Assembly (NCBI GenBank): GCA_964016885.1
Contig: OZ024741.1
Location: forward strand, 16,988,001-17,052,000
Source: Eledone cirrhosa
Lineage: Eukaryota
Length of the DNA: 64,000 bases
Direction: 5' to 3'
Made by a program: the position numbers and the translations under genes
Part shown: piece by piece, positions 13,988 to 28,214 of the stretch
Layout: every line of letters starts with the position of its first letter
Position numbering within the stretch: position 1 is the first letter of the stretch
The notes under the pieces: model-generated
What the model was told of the DNA's origin: nothing
Database searches by the model: none
The model's input: the letters and a program-made list of their open reading frames with translations, nothing else

Positions 13988-14374
13988 AAATAAGCCCACA
14001 AGGTCAGTTACCTGAGCTGAGTCGGATGATCGCATAGTAATGTCAAAATTGTTATCTCTAACTGCTCGGGTCCATAGTTGGTCATTAAATTCTATCAATG
14101 TTTTCCTAGCCGATCATATAATGTGCATTTCATTGCTAGTTAGGTCTGTATGTTTGAATGCGTAATTTAGTGCCTTATTTAGTAGATTACACTAAATTAC
14201 GCATTCAAACATACAGACCTAACTAGCAATGAAATGCACATTATATGATCGGCTAGGAAAACATTGATAGAATTTAATGACCAACTATGGACCCGAGCAG
14301 ATAGCGATAACAATTTTGACATTACTATGCGATCATCCGACTCAGCTCAGGTAACTGACCTTGTGGGCTTATTT
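13988..14374. repeat. Fold-back duplication within the PLE RT gene
   Basis: 185-bp arms 13988-14172 and 14190-14374, 17-bp spacer. Confidence 0.92.
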
Positions 14375-14383
14375 AGTAGATTA

Positions 14384-14609
14384 ATAGTGAAGGCGTGTGG
14401 CTGAGTGGTTAGAGTATTGGATTCACAATCGTGAGGTTGTGAGTTCGATTCCTGAACCAGGCGATGCGTTATGTCCTTGAGCAAGACACTTTATTTCACG
14501 TTGCTCCTTCTACCTGGAGTTGCGACCGATAGATAGTATTAGCAATTGGAAAGACCAACGGAAACATAGTTTCCTCGGTCCGATTTGACGAAAGTCGATC
14601 GACTAGAAA
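14384..14609 (+). mobile_element. tRNA-derived CORE-type SINE inserted in the PLE ORF
   Basis: A box TGGCTGAGTGG, B box GTTCGATTCC, CORE-like TGTCCTTGAGCAAGACACTT; 11-bp TSD TTAGTAGATTA (14373-14383 / 14610-14620). Confidence 0.85.
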
Positions 14610-15470
14610 TTAGTAGATTAGGGGTAATGGAAGAATAATAGTTAGCAATATCAAGTTGAATAAACTTATTATTATTGTTATATTTAATTTGCTTAAACCA
14701 CTCAACAACCTCACCAGTTCCCTTCCACAAGCTCAGGTTAGGTAAACAACTCAAGTTTTTAATTTGCTGTATCACCCTGTCAAGAATGTTTTTGCTTAGT
14801 TTACCCAGGTCCGATTTTGATGGTGCAATCAATCTGACTGGCAAGTCATTCTCGAAATTTCTCTTATGATCTTTCATATTGATCTTCGGTTTCCTGGGCA
14901 CGAAAGGTTGTGTTCTGTTCTCGATTTCCAACTCGTGCATTATACAAGATGCCTCAACATTCATTTTCTCTAGCTCGGCCTTATCTGCTACCTTGTACTT
15001 TTTGCTCAGTTCTTTTAGTATGAGGCCATTATACATGTCTTTCTGCACTCCATAGAGGTTGTTGGTCTTGTCAGATTTTACCAAGATCTTCTCAGTTTTC
15101 TCCAAGTTCTCAATATTATCCCTAATGCCTTTCAGATATTCCTGGCCTTTGAAGTTTCTCTTAAATTTGACTCCTTGTATGATAGAAATTATATCGTTTT
15201 CAAAGTCAGATAAAAGTTTGTTGGGGGGTGGATTTCTTTTGGATTTGAAAACTTTGTTTAAGTCCGAGACATTTTCATTTATATTAGATTTATCAAAGTG
15301 GAATGCTCGCCACCTGATTCTCCTTATAAAAGAGTCAGATTTATCTATTAATTGTTTTATAAAGTCTTTGTTTCTAGGTAGAGGTATGTCTTTTAAAGAG
15401 GAAGTAATCTTAAAGAATTCCATTTTTTCAGTTATAATATAAAGCGCTCAACAGTATTGGAGCAAGATAC

Positions 15471-16210
15471 ATGGAAAGTTATATTTAAATTGTTGGGTTA
15501 ACAACGAGTAAATATTTATAACTGATATAAAAGCACTCAACAAGTATTTGGAGTATATTTATGATATTAAATAAATGGAAACTATATTTATAAAACCATA
15601 TTTATTTCGTTATATATATTTCAGGGATATCATATTAACAATATGTTATGCCATCTTCAGACAAAATACAATATAAACAGTCTTATAAATAAATAGATAC
15701 GACATACCTTTCAATCACCTTGCATTTGTGAGGTTGATTTGGCAGTAAAAATTGTGGACAGTTGTAAAAAGAAAGAGATAAAGAGAAAGAAACGAAGAAA
15801 AAGAAATGTATGTGACTAAATAGAGGGATATAGAAAGATAGATAAAGAGAAGACCTTCATGTAAAGAAACAGAGAGAAATATATATAGAGAGAGGAAAAA
15901 AAGAAAGAGATAGATAGAGATAGATAGAGAAATTAGGAAGTTGAGTATCGGTGGATACATTTATTTATTTATTTATTTATTTATTTAGCTCTAGTATTAA
16001 TGTAAAGAGAGATGTATGTAGTTAAGAGAGAAAATAGCCGTTATATAGAGAGAAAAAAGAGAAAATGAAAAAGAGAAAATGAAACATAACCAGACATAAA
16101 CGAGGCAGAATTTAAAACCGCTATGTTTTATCCGTAGAAAATATTAGTTCGTATAAAACAGGCATTATAATGTAAGTACCAGTATTCATGAATGAGACAT
16201 GTATCTATAA

Positions 16211-16212
<2 letters not shown>
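15471..16212 (-). repeat. PLE 5' pseudo-LTR
   Basis: Direct repeat of 11314-12056, ending 48 bp upstream of the ORF ATG (15423). Confidence 0.92.
15603..15668 (-). ncRNA. Minimal hammerhead ribozyme, copy in the 5' pseudo-LTR
   Basis: Reverse complement of 17265-17330; lies ~180 nt upstream of the ORF start. Confidence 0.8.
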
Positions 16213-17471
<1,259 letters not shown>

Positions 17472-17529
17472 TGTATCAGCCGTACTAAGAGTGAGAAATG
17501 AAATTTCATTTTTTCCACATATATATATG

Positions 17530-17572
<43 letters not shown>

Positions 17573-17818
17573 CAATATGATTGACTAAACTCAAACGTGT
17601 TTTCCCTCCAAAAGAAAAAGAAAATTCGTTTCTTCTTTATCTTACACTCGTCTATGTTTCTATTCCTCGTTTTATCTCGCATGTTATCTGATGAAAGACT
17701 AACGACCGAAACGTTAATACTTTCCTACTAGACCAAACGTTTAACTAATTTATATCTTCATTGTACTGTATCGTTTCCCTGTATTGTTTAATCGTTTACT
17801 TGTTGCATACATACATAC

Positions 17819-18231
17819 ATGGTGGCTGCCAACTCGTTTTCGAGTACGGCCACCACTTTATATCCATGTAGGAGAACCCCTACCGATGCGCTGAACGAGT
17901 GTGACTTTTTAGTCCAGCCAGTGACTTGAAAACTCTGGTACAAACACTACACTTATGACAATTATTGACACATAGTGCTGGGCCCATGGTACCATGTGAC
18001 GACAAGTGCAGAGAGATCTCCAGATATAAAGCAATGCCTGTGTCGTGAAGCTTTTATAGTGAGCAAAGGCACTGCACAAAGCCAGTCCCACTCTCTTAAC
18101 CAAGATGATATTTACCAAAAAGAAGAACAAGTCAACATCATTGGATACCATCAGAGTTGCAGGTGTTATATCAGAGTTTTCCTTCTCCTAGAATTCTGCC
18201 TTGACAACGGCTAAGGGGTCATCTCTCCCGG
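17819..18231 (-). mobile_element. Same family, short form
   Basis: Flanked by (CATA)n on both sides. Confidence 0.78.
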
Positions 18232-20489
18232 ACATACATACATACATACATACATACATACATTCAGACATACATACATACATACATACATACATACATA
18301 CATACATACATACATACATACATACGCATGTATGTCTGTATATATACATGCAACAAGTAAACGATTAAACAATACAAGGAAACGATACAGTAGCCTGAAG
18401 AAAAGCCTGAAGTATGTTGTTTATTGAGTTCATGGCAAACATTTCCACCAAACCTTTGCTATCAGCATTTCCAAAACGTTTGGCTGGTCCTACACACGCT
18501 TTCACCACTGAAACCAATCTGTGTGGGAACTCTAACAACTTTAATATTACTTCCGAAATTCTGCCTCTATTCAACCAAAATCAAATAGACATATCCACAG
18601 ACTAGAGAGTTAAGACAAAAGAGACCGCTAAATTATATTACCGGCAATGGCGTTCATTGGGTGATGGCCTTTCATGCACAAAACCTCGGGCAAATGTGCT
18701 GTCCCTGTTTTCCAATGGTACCGAAGCAGATCGATTTCGATACAACATTGGCAGTGAGGGGTGATAAAAGAAGTTCTAAATAATAGTTGTCCATTCATGT
18801 AACTTGGTAGTTCGCTGCAAAATGTAACAAGAATTAAAACCTTTGTTCGTCCAATTTCCGAACACTCCAAACACTCCAAGATAAACAATTCTAAGAGAAC
18901 GGGAAATCTAAACTATAATAAAGTAAGAAGTGCAGGACTGCGTACGGTTTATGATTTTTTATCCCATTAGTAAAATAAGTTGGATTACTTTGAATAAATA
19001 ATAAATGAATATTACATAATTTATCTACTAAATTTCGTTATTATTGATTAAATATAAATAATGCTATTACTTATTCTAAGATTCACTTTTTTAAAATTTT
19101 CAAATGTCAACACTTCCGGTTAGCGATCGCTTAAATAAACATACATATATTTCTGTCACTAATTTTCTTCTAAAGCAGTTTATATATAATACTACCAGAG
19201 GTACCCGGTGTTGCTCGGATATTAAATAGCAATTGTGTATACCATTTATGTCAATACTTCAGTGCTGCTTCGAAAACTATAGTTTTACAAAATCGGCTTT
19301 TTCCAAAAGGGGGTTCCTGCCCCCAGGGGTCCCCTACCCAATATGTGCCAATTCTGAGAGTTCACATTCACCTGTAGGACAAACGTAGCCCATGTGTCAA
19401 GTTTTGTGAAAATCGGTTGCGAACTCCAGAAGTTATGACGTTTTGTTGCATTGCACTGCAGTGCTTCAGTCGACTCCAAGGAAATGGTTAAAGTGGTTAA
19501 AGGGGTTTTCTGCCGGGGAGCCCTATAATCAATATCTGGAAATGACAGTGCCCATGACCATCCGGAGTACATAAGTAACCTATGTCTTAAGTTTGGTGAA
19601 AATACTGTAGAAATGCATAAGGTTTATACATACACGCGTGCGTTCGTGTGTGTGTGTGTGTGTGTGGGGGATGTATTTGTGTGTGCGTATGTATGTGTAT
19701 GTCCGCCGGGGCATACGTATGTACTGGCCTAAATCTTTACTATTTACTTTTACTATTTTAATAACCTCTGTCATTTTCGTTTTCAATTTTATTTACATCA
19801 TTCTTAAACTCCGGGGCTGGAAATCATTCTGTTATTTTAAATAGAATATTAGTCTAACGACTCCATTTATACCATAAACTTGATCTTGTCTTTGCATGAA
19901 ATTGTTCTTCACGCTCCACATAACGACGTATTATCCTCGCTTTTTTCCCGTTCATTGCCAGGGAACGTCTTCACGAACCAAAATATCGTCTTCCTGTTTT
20001 CGTTCGGTTGCAACGTTTCTCGAAATATTTACTTCTGCGTTCACAGATTACTCTCAGTTCAATTTGAATGTGAAATTTCTGTTTCATCGATTTTCTCCGT
20101 AACCATGGAAGATTGTAGCTTGAAAGTCGACTCAACGCCTCCTCGGGTCATTCTGCATAACTGTAAATTTTCGCTGCATTCCACCAAGCCGTTTCGACGT
20201 TTATCCGACTACACCTACATATTCAACGTCCGGCACCGCCCATTCCACAAATATATATTAGATTGTCTTTTTTTTAATGTATCATGGATTACGTTACTGA
20301 TTATATAAGACAGTGTAACGCAGTCTTTGTTCAATTTCTGTGTATATTGTCAATAACAATTTTATTTTATGTATCATATCTACATGCATATATATACTTG
20401 CGTATAATATCAATATACACACTACATATGCTAGCAGAAAACCACCGTAAGGGTGGTTTTTCTGATAGTTCCAATAATACCTTATGTAC

Positions 20490-20680
20490 TGCATAATCAA
20501 TATTGATATTTCTGTAACCAGTAAATATTGTCTTACAGATACTTCTGAAGTAGGAGAGATTGCTGGAAGATTGACTTTCTATTGGATTGGTAGAAGTCGA
20601 GAAACTCCACGTCTAACATACGTTGGCTTTGCCATCAATTCTCATTACACGAAGTCCCTATCTTCTCTTCCTTCTGGAGA
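20490..20680 (+). mobile_element. RTE-clade APE endonuclease fragment
   Basis: LTFYWIGRSRETPRLTYVGFAINSH...LSSLPSG resembles the RTE motif YTFFWSG...GVGFAI. Confidence 0.7.
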
Positions 20681-21041
20681 AATGAACCCTTCTTTGCGTT
20701 CTTTCTTTGACTCTTTTACAGACTACAGATAGTAGACGAGGCCATGGTGGGGCACCAGCTTCACGGAGTTTTGTCGATCATATCGACTTGAGAAAAATTA
20801 GTTTATACGTATTTTATCGATCACTACTTGTCAAAGTATTAGGTTACGGGAGATAAACAGTAAACATAAATATACACACACACACGGACACACACACACA
20901 CACATAGGCACGCACACACACACAATATATAGTGGTAATAACTTTGTAGAAATAACCAAAGTCGAGAGCAACTGGAATCAGTAAGGAGAGTTTTAATATA
21001 ATTATTAAGGTCTCTCTCTCTCTCTCTCTATCTCTCCCCCC

Positions 21042-21112
<71 letters not shown>

Positions 21113-21116
<4 letters not shown>

Positions 21117-21342
21117 GTATGGTTGCTAGGATGCGTCCATAGGCGGTATGCCGGTTGATCACTCTATGCTCCTTCGGAGAATTTGCTTCGAAATCACTAG
21201 ACGTATCTGAGGAACTTGCGAATCCAGAGTCAGGTTCGAGCCACAAACAGATCGCACCTCGAGCTGTTCACCGGAGAAACAATTGTAATACGTAATAAAC
21301 TGTGTTCGGATGCATTACTGATTCTTCGTTTTCCATATAATA
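21113..21342 (+). mobile_element. Solo LTR (probably Gypsy-type)
   Basis: Begins TGTCGTATGG and ends CCATATAATA, an imperfect inverse of the start (CCATACGACA) with three transitions; internal AATAAA; TATA on both sides. Confidence 0.65.
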
Positions 21343-21355
21343 TATATTAAATTCA

Positions 21356-21413
<58 letters not shown>

Positions 21414-22239
21414 GACATAGTCACAGATACATATATGAGTGTGGCTACCTTTACGTTGTGGCTCAATGAAGAATTAATTAAGCAAATAATTATTAATCAG
21501 AGCTATATATCAAATTGCAAGTTTGAAGAATTATTAGATAAAATATATACAGTATTTCCTCTCCCTAGTCCGTAGAAATCAACCAGATAAATAATCATTT
21601 AAACGAGGCTATAAGTTTAAAATGTAACTATGAAGAAATAATAGACAAATGAGATACAGACTATCTTCCGCGAGGGACAGCCACATAAAATTTATCTAGG
21701 AAACAGTGTATATATTTTATCTAATAATTCTTCAAACTTGCAATTTTATATATATATATCTATATATATATGACACCCTTAACTCACAGTTGGGTGCGGA
21801 TGCATTCATGTATATATGTGTGTGTCCGCATGTATCTGTGTGTTTCTAAATATATTATATATATATATATATGTATACACACAGTGTGTGTGTCATGATT
21901 GTATGTCTCCTAGTTCACACACGTGTGTGTAGGTGAGTGTGTGTTCATGTGTATCTCTATGTATGTGCATGTGTGTAGCTGTATGTGTATGTGCATATGC
22001 AAGTATGTGTATATATGTATACATGTGTATATTTGTGTGTGCATGCATGTATGTATGCATGTATGTATGTATGTATGTATGTATGTATGTATGTATGTAT
22101 GTATGTATGTATGTATGTATGTATGTGTTTTTATGTATGTGTGTGCATGTGCATATGTATGCGTATGTGTGTATGTACAAGTGTGTGTATATGTATGTTT
22201 GTGTATGTATGCGTCTGTGTATATATATATATATATATA

Positions 22240-22745
22240 TACAAGGGTGCTTCAGTACGTTGGTGGAAAAAGGACAGTTGGAAAAAACGGTTTATGTTAT
22301 GATGTTTATTTTTCAACATATGCTCCATCTAGGTCAATACATCTCTGCAAGTGGTGATACCAGCCTTTAAGTCCATCTGTGTAAAACTGAGGACCATACG
22401 ATTTAAACCATGTCAAAGCAGATTATTCTACATCTTCAACTGGGGATCATCTTCAACCTCATCTCTTCCACTTCTAGAACGACTTATCCATTTGTAGGTT
22501 GTTGATTTATTGGGGTATTGTCCCCATAAACTTGCCTCACAGTGTCAATGATTTGGCTGCTCTTCCTCCCTAGCTTTACCATGAATCTGATGATTTGATG
22601 GAAGCCATGTTGCTCGAGTGCTTTCTGACTTCCGACTGGCAACGCCGCTTTGTAACAAGCACCTAAGAGTTCAAATCTCTGCATATGATATTTAGCTATG
22701 TACTTTTTCCACCAACCTTTCGATGCCCCCCCCCCCCCCCCCGTG
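22240..22745 (-). mobile_element. Internally deleted mariner (Hsmar2/irritans-like) element with both TIRs
   Basis: IRFMVKLGRKSSQIIDTVRQVYGDN (mariner N-terminal HTH) joined to C-terminal DGLKGWYHHLQRCIDLDGAYVEK-like sequence; TIR-like ends acaagggtgcttc...ttggtggaaaaa / tttttccaccaacc...gcccc. Confidence 0.82.
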
Positions 22746-23009
22746 TTTATATATATATACAGTTTCTGTCTATCAAATTTCACTCACAAGCATTGGACAG
22801 CTGAAAGTAGTAGAAAACACTTGGACAAGATGGTGTCTCACAGTGTAACTGAACCAAAAACCACACGTAGTGGCCTAGTTAACTCTTTAACTACACAACT
22901 ATGTCTGCTTCTGGGAATAGATTTGGCACGTATTTCCTCAATGTTTGTCAAATAGATTTAAGACTGTGACAGACTACCGGATGGTAGTTGTGGTAATAGT
23001 GGTGGAGGT

Positions 23010-23240
23010 CGTGGTGATGGCTGTAGTGGTGGTGTTGGTGGTGGTGATGATGGCTGTAGTGGTGGTATTGGTGGTGGTGGTGATGGCTGTAGTGGTGGTA
23101 TTGGTGGTGGTGGTGATGGCTGTAGTGGTGGTATTGGTGGTGGTGGTGATGGCTGTAGTGGTGGTATTGGTGGTGGTGGTGATGGCTGTAGTGGTGGTAT
23201 TGGTGGTGGTGGTGATGGCTGTAGTGGTGGTATTGGTGGT
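23010..23240. repeat. 33-bp minisatellite, ~7 copies
   Basis: gtgatggctgtagtggtggtattggtggtggtg. Confidence 0.9.
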
Positions 23241-23523
23241 GAGGAGATGGAGGGTTTTACAGAGACGATTGCTTTATGTTAGTTTATTCCTATAGTCACT
23301 GCAGGAGGACAAAGTGCAGCGATGTTATACACGTTCACACCACATGGGTGACATGATACATTATCCCGTTGTCACATTATATAAACATATGCAGCTAAAT
23401 CTATCGCTATTTCAGACATATTTATATTTTCGTGTCTGTTTCTAATATTCTTGAAATGTTGTGTTGACTTTGTCTACACTTTAAAAATAAAATTTACTTT
23501 CTTTTGCACGTTTTTCACAAAGT

Positions 23524-24296
<773 letters not shown>

Positions 24297-24719
24297 ACGA
24301 ACTTACATAATAGGTTGCAAACTGACTTATTTCATGCTTAACTTATCAAACCAATGAGACATAAAAGAATTTTCTATAAATTGGTTGGTTAGAGGGTGGG
24401 AGGTGGGGGAGGGGGGAGAATTAATGGGGGAATGAATGAGAGAGAGAGGTTTAAATTTATTTCAATAAATATTTAAACTCGTTGTACTCGTTTGAGCCTT
24501 TTATTTTGATTGTGGCTTAGTGCGAATATAACATGCACACATACATATATATACACACGCATACATTCACACACACACATACATATATGCATATATATAC
24601 ATACACACACATACATTCACACACACACACACACACATATGTATACATTATCATCAGCGTTTAACGTCCATTTTCCACCCTAGCATGGGATATATATACA
24701 CATATATATAGTTTGCATC

Positions 24720-24832
<113 letters not shown>

Positions 24833-24954
24833 ATGTGTGTGTGTGAAAGGTGAAGCAAGGTTATGTGTCACAACATATTTATAACAAACTTCCAGCACCA
24901 CATTCCATTCAGCCATAAATACTGAGGCAAATATTTCAAATCTCACCAGGCAAT

Positions 24955-26105
24955 GTCGTTAAAGAGTTGCCTTAATAAACACAATGTTTTCATTCACATC
25001 GTTATTAAAGAGATCCCTCCCCAAACACACAACCCCTTCCTTCACACCGTCGTTAGAGAGTTCCCTCCCCAAACACACAACGGCTTCCTTCACATCGTCG
25101 TTAAAGAGTCCCCCCCCCCAAACACACAACGGCTTCCTTCACACCGTCATTAAAGAGTTCCCTCCCCAAACACACAACGGCTTCATTCACATCGTCGTTA
25201 AAGAGTTCCCTTCCCAAACACACAACGGCTTCATTCACACCGTCATTAAAGAGTTCCCTTCCCAAACACACAACCCCTTCCTTCACATCGTCGTTAAAGG
25301 GTTCCCTTCCCAAACACACAACCCCTTCTTTCACATCGTCGTTAAAGAGTTCCCTTCCCAAACACACAACCTCTTCCTTCACATCGTCGTTAAAGAGTTC
25401 CCTTCCCAAACACACAACCCTTTCTTTCACATCGTCGTTAAAGAGTTCCCTTCCCAAACACACAACCTCTTCCTTCACATCGTCGTTAAAGAGTTCCCTC
25501 CCCAAACACACACCGGCTTCCTTCACACCGTCGTCAAAGAGTTCCCCCCCGAAACACACAACCTCTTCCTTCACATCGTCGTTAAAGAGTTCCCTTCCCA
25601 AACACACAACCTCTTCCTTCACATCGTCGTTAAAGAGTTCCCTCCCCAAACACACAACCTCTTCCTTCACACCGTCGTCAAAGAGTTCCCTCCCGAAACA
25701 CACAACCTCTTCCTTCACATCGTCGTTAAAGAGTTCCCTTCCCAAACACACAACCTCTTCCTTCACATCGTCGTTAAAGAGTTCCCTCCCCAAACACACA
25801 ACCTCTTCCTTCACACCGTCGTCAAAGAGTTCCCTCCCGAAACACACAACGTCTTCCTTCATACCGCCATTAAAGAGTTCCCTTCCCAAACACAAGCTCT
25901 TCATTCACACCGTCGTTAAAGAGTTCCCTTCCCAAACACACAACCTCTTCCTTCACACCGTCGTCAAAGAGTTCCCTCCCGAAACACACAACGTCTTCCT
26001 TCACACCGCCATTAAAGAGTTCCCTTCCCAAACACACAACCTCTTCATTCACATCGTCGTTAAAGAGTTCCCTCCCGAAACACACAATAACGGCTTCATT
26101 CACAC
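24955..26105. repeat. 48-bp minisatellite, ~24 copies
   Basis: Unit aaagagttcccttcccaaacacacaacctcttccttcacatcgtcgtt. Confidence 0.95.
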
Positions 26106-26581
26106 CATGTAGTACATTGGGTAAGTGTTTTCTACTACATTCTCAGATTGTCCAATGTCTTCTGAGTGACATTTATAGACGAAAACTAGAGAAGTATGTG
26201 GTATATAAGGTATGGAGCTGACTCGCAACTCCCGAGAGAGTCCTAGGGCCGCCATGTCGATATACGGCATTTTTGGGGACATTTTAAACCCTGATAGAGC
26301 CCCTCTCATCTCCAGGTTTGAATGCAGAAGAGTTCTTCCAGAGATGTATAAAGATAGTGAGAGAATGGAAGTGAGAAAGAGATATAGAGGAAGTATCGAA
26401 CCCAGTACTTGACTGGTACTTTTTATCGCTCTTAAATGGATGAAAGTCAAAGTATAGAAATAAATTTGGTAGTAGCAGCAGCAGCAGCAGTCTTTTTCTT
26501 CACCCCTTCCCGCCCCCAAACGCCCAGTGTCACTGTGACATCAGTCACATGATTAGAGGGGGAGGGGTTCTTTCTTGAGAG

Positions 26582-26895
26582 GGCTGAGTAGAGGTGGTGT
26601 TGGTGGTGGTGGGGAATGGCTGACGAGAGGTGGTGTTGGTGGTGGTGGGGGATGGCTGACGAGAGGTGGTGTTGGTGGTGGTGGGGGATGGCTGAGTAGA
26701 GGTGGTGTTGGTAGTGGTGGGGGATGGCTGAGTAGAGGTGGAGTTGGTGGTGGTGGGGAATGGCTGACCGGAGGTGGTGTTGGTGGTGGTGGGGGATGGC
26801 TGAGTAGAGGTGGTGTTGGTGGTGGTGGGGGATGGCTGACGAGAGGTGGTGTTGGTGAGGGTGGGGGATGGCTGACTAGAGGTGGTATTGGTGGT
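26582..26895. repeat. 36-bp G-rich minisatellite, ~8-9 copies
   Basis: Unit ggctgagtagaggtggtgttggtggtggtgggggat. Confidence 0.92.
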
Positions 26896-27160
26896 AAACA
26901 GAGTGGTTGTGTTAGTGTCAGTGATGCTATTGTGTAACATATATTTGTCTTATTAACAAACCCGTAGCCCTCGGCAAGGACAAACAAAACGACACAATAA
27001 CTGTATGTATGTGTGTGTATATGTGTATATATTGGTGTGTGTGTGTGTTTATTTATAGGTGTGTATGTTTATTATATGTCGTGTACGATAAAAGATAATT
27101 TATTGTTAAGACAAACAATGATTATCTGATCAATACGTGTGAATACATGTGAAGTAAGTG

Positions 27161-27250
<90 letters not shown>

Positions 27251-27279
27251 GTTATGTAATAAACAACATAAGGCAATTA

Positions 27280-27339
27280 TTCCATTTACCAGTGGTTTCT
27301 TAAAAGCAAAAAATTTTGCTTTCAATCATCAGAATGAAA
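27280..27339 (-). ncRNA. Type-I hammerhead ribozyme (mirror copy)
   Basis: Exact reverse complement of 27430-27489 within the palindrome. Confidence 0.88.
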
Positions 27340-27429
27340 AAATCCTGGTCTGTTTATTGAATTTGGATTTTAAAAACAAAAATGCATTTTTGTTTTTAAA
27401 ATCCAAATTCAATAAACAGACCAGGATTT

Positions 27430-27489
27430 TTTCATTCTGATGATTGAAAGCAAAATTTTTTGCTTTTAAGAAACCACTGGTAAATGGAA
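27430..27489 (+). ncRNA. Type-I hammerhead ribozyme
   Basis: Stem I UUUCAUU/AAUGGAA (7 bp); CUGAUGA; 11-bp stem II UUGAAAGCAAA/UUUGCUUUUAA; GAAA; stem III ACCA-C-UGGU; GUA^ after 27482. Confidence 0.88.
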
Positions 27490-27612
27490 TAATTGCCTTA
27501 TGTTGTTTATTACATAACTATTAAGCTCTGTTACCTACATAGAGCACTCTTTTTTCCTGGACTTTTCCGACGGAATTACTTCATTCACACACACACATAT
27601 ATATATATATAT

Positions 27613-28214
27613 GGCATACGTCAAGACGGGCGGTCTCAAAAGTGAAAGTAAATTTATTTTCATTTTCGAACGTCGTGTTTACATTTGTGTGTGTGTTTAG
27701 ATCTAAATTAGTTACTGAGATTAAAGACAGAATCAGAGCCTCTGTCGTTTTAACTGATTATATATATATGTGTGTGTGTGTGTGTAGTTGACGGTTGAGA
27801 GAAGAGTACTCAATACCGAAGTAATCTTGTAATGAGGCTTGCAGAATGGTGAGTCCGCCATTCTAGACGCTGCTGCCTTGCAGAAGTCCCAAATCGAAGC
27901 TCTGACACTCTCGTCCCCATCATTCAGCAGGGATTTTGCCAGGCAGCCGCATCATCTCCGATGGTTGGGCTTCCTATTCGGAAATTGAAGGTGGGATTTA
28001 CGTTCATGATGTTGTGATGCACGAACGGAACTTTGTAGATCCTGCGGACCTTGATGTGCACACACAGCTCATAAAGAACACATGGAGCCGTGCAAAGAAG
28101 AAGCTTCGTCGCCAGCATGTTTCGTTTGAACACACACACAAAATGTAAACACGACATTCGAAAATGAAAATAAATTTACTTTCACTTTTGAGACCGTCCG
28201 TCTTGACGTATGCC
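27613..28214 (+). mobile_element. Internally deleted Merlin (IS1016/IS1595-like) DNA transposon
   Basis: ~85-bp TIRs starting GGCATACGTCAAGACGG; internal peptide ISDGWASY...HDVVMHERNFVDP...HTQLIKNTWSRAKKKLR (ISXO2-type DDE); compatible 9-bp TSD tatatatat. Confidence 0.85.

Larger units (their letters stand above)
12779..15423 (-). pseudogene. PLE reverse transcriptase + GIY-YIG endonuclease ORF, interrupted
   Basis: VKSDKTNNLY, IQLDIANYYSSI, FDITMRSSDSAQVTDLVGLFL, LYRDD, VNFLDITL, IWFAPPFS, CNCR..KCPL...C, IIY...YVGST..FKLRYNNH, CDLC..E. Removing 14190-14620 restores a single frame (737 codons) with one TGA at 14114-14116. Confidence 0.92.
27249..27520. repeat. Perfect 272-bp palindrome with no spacer
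   Basis: 136-bp arms centred on ATG|CAT (27384/27385); preceded by (TA)n. Confidence 0.95.

Noticed and set aside
14391-14465. tRNA genes at A/B-box sites (also 2975, 50830 and 53495)
   Set aside because: No complete cloverleaf; each runs into a SINE body
24955-26105. CRISPR-like periodicity of the 48-, 27- and 26-bp arrays
   Set aside because: Contiguous units with no unique spacers, no cas genes and a eukaryotic context
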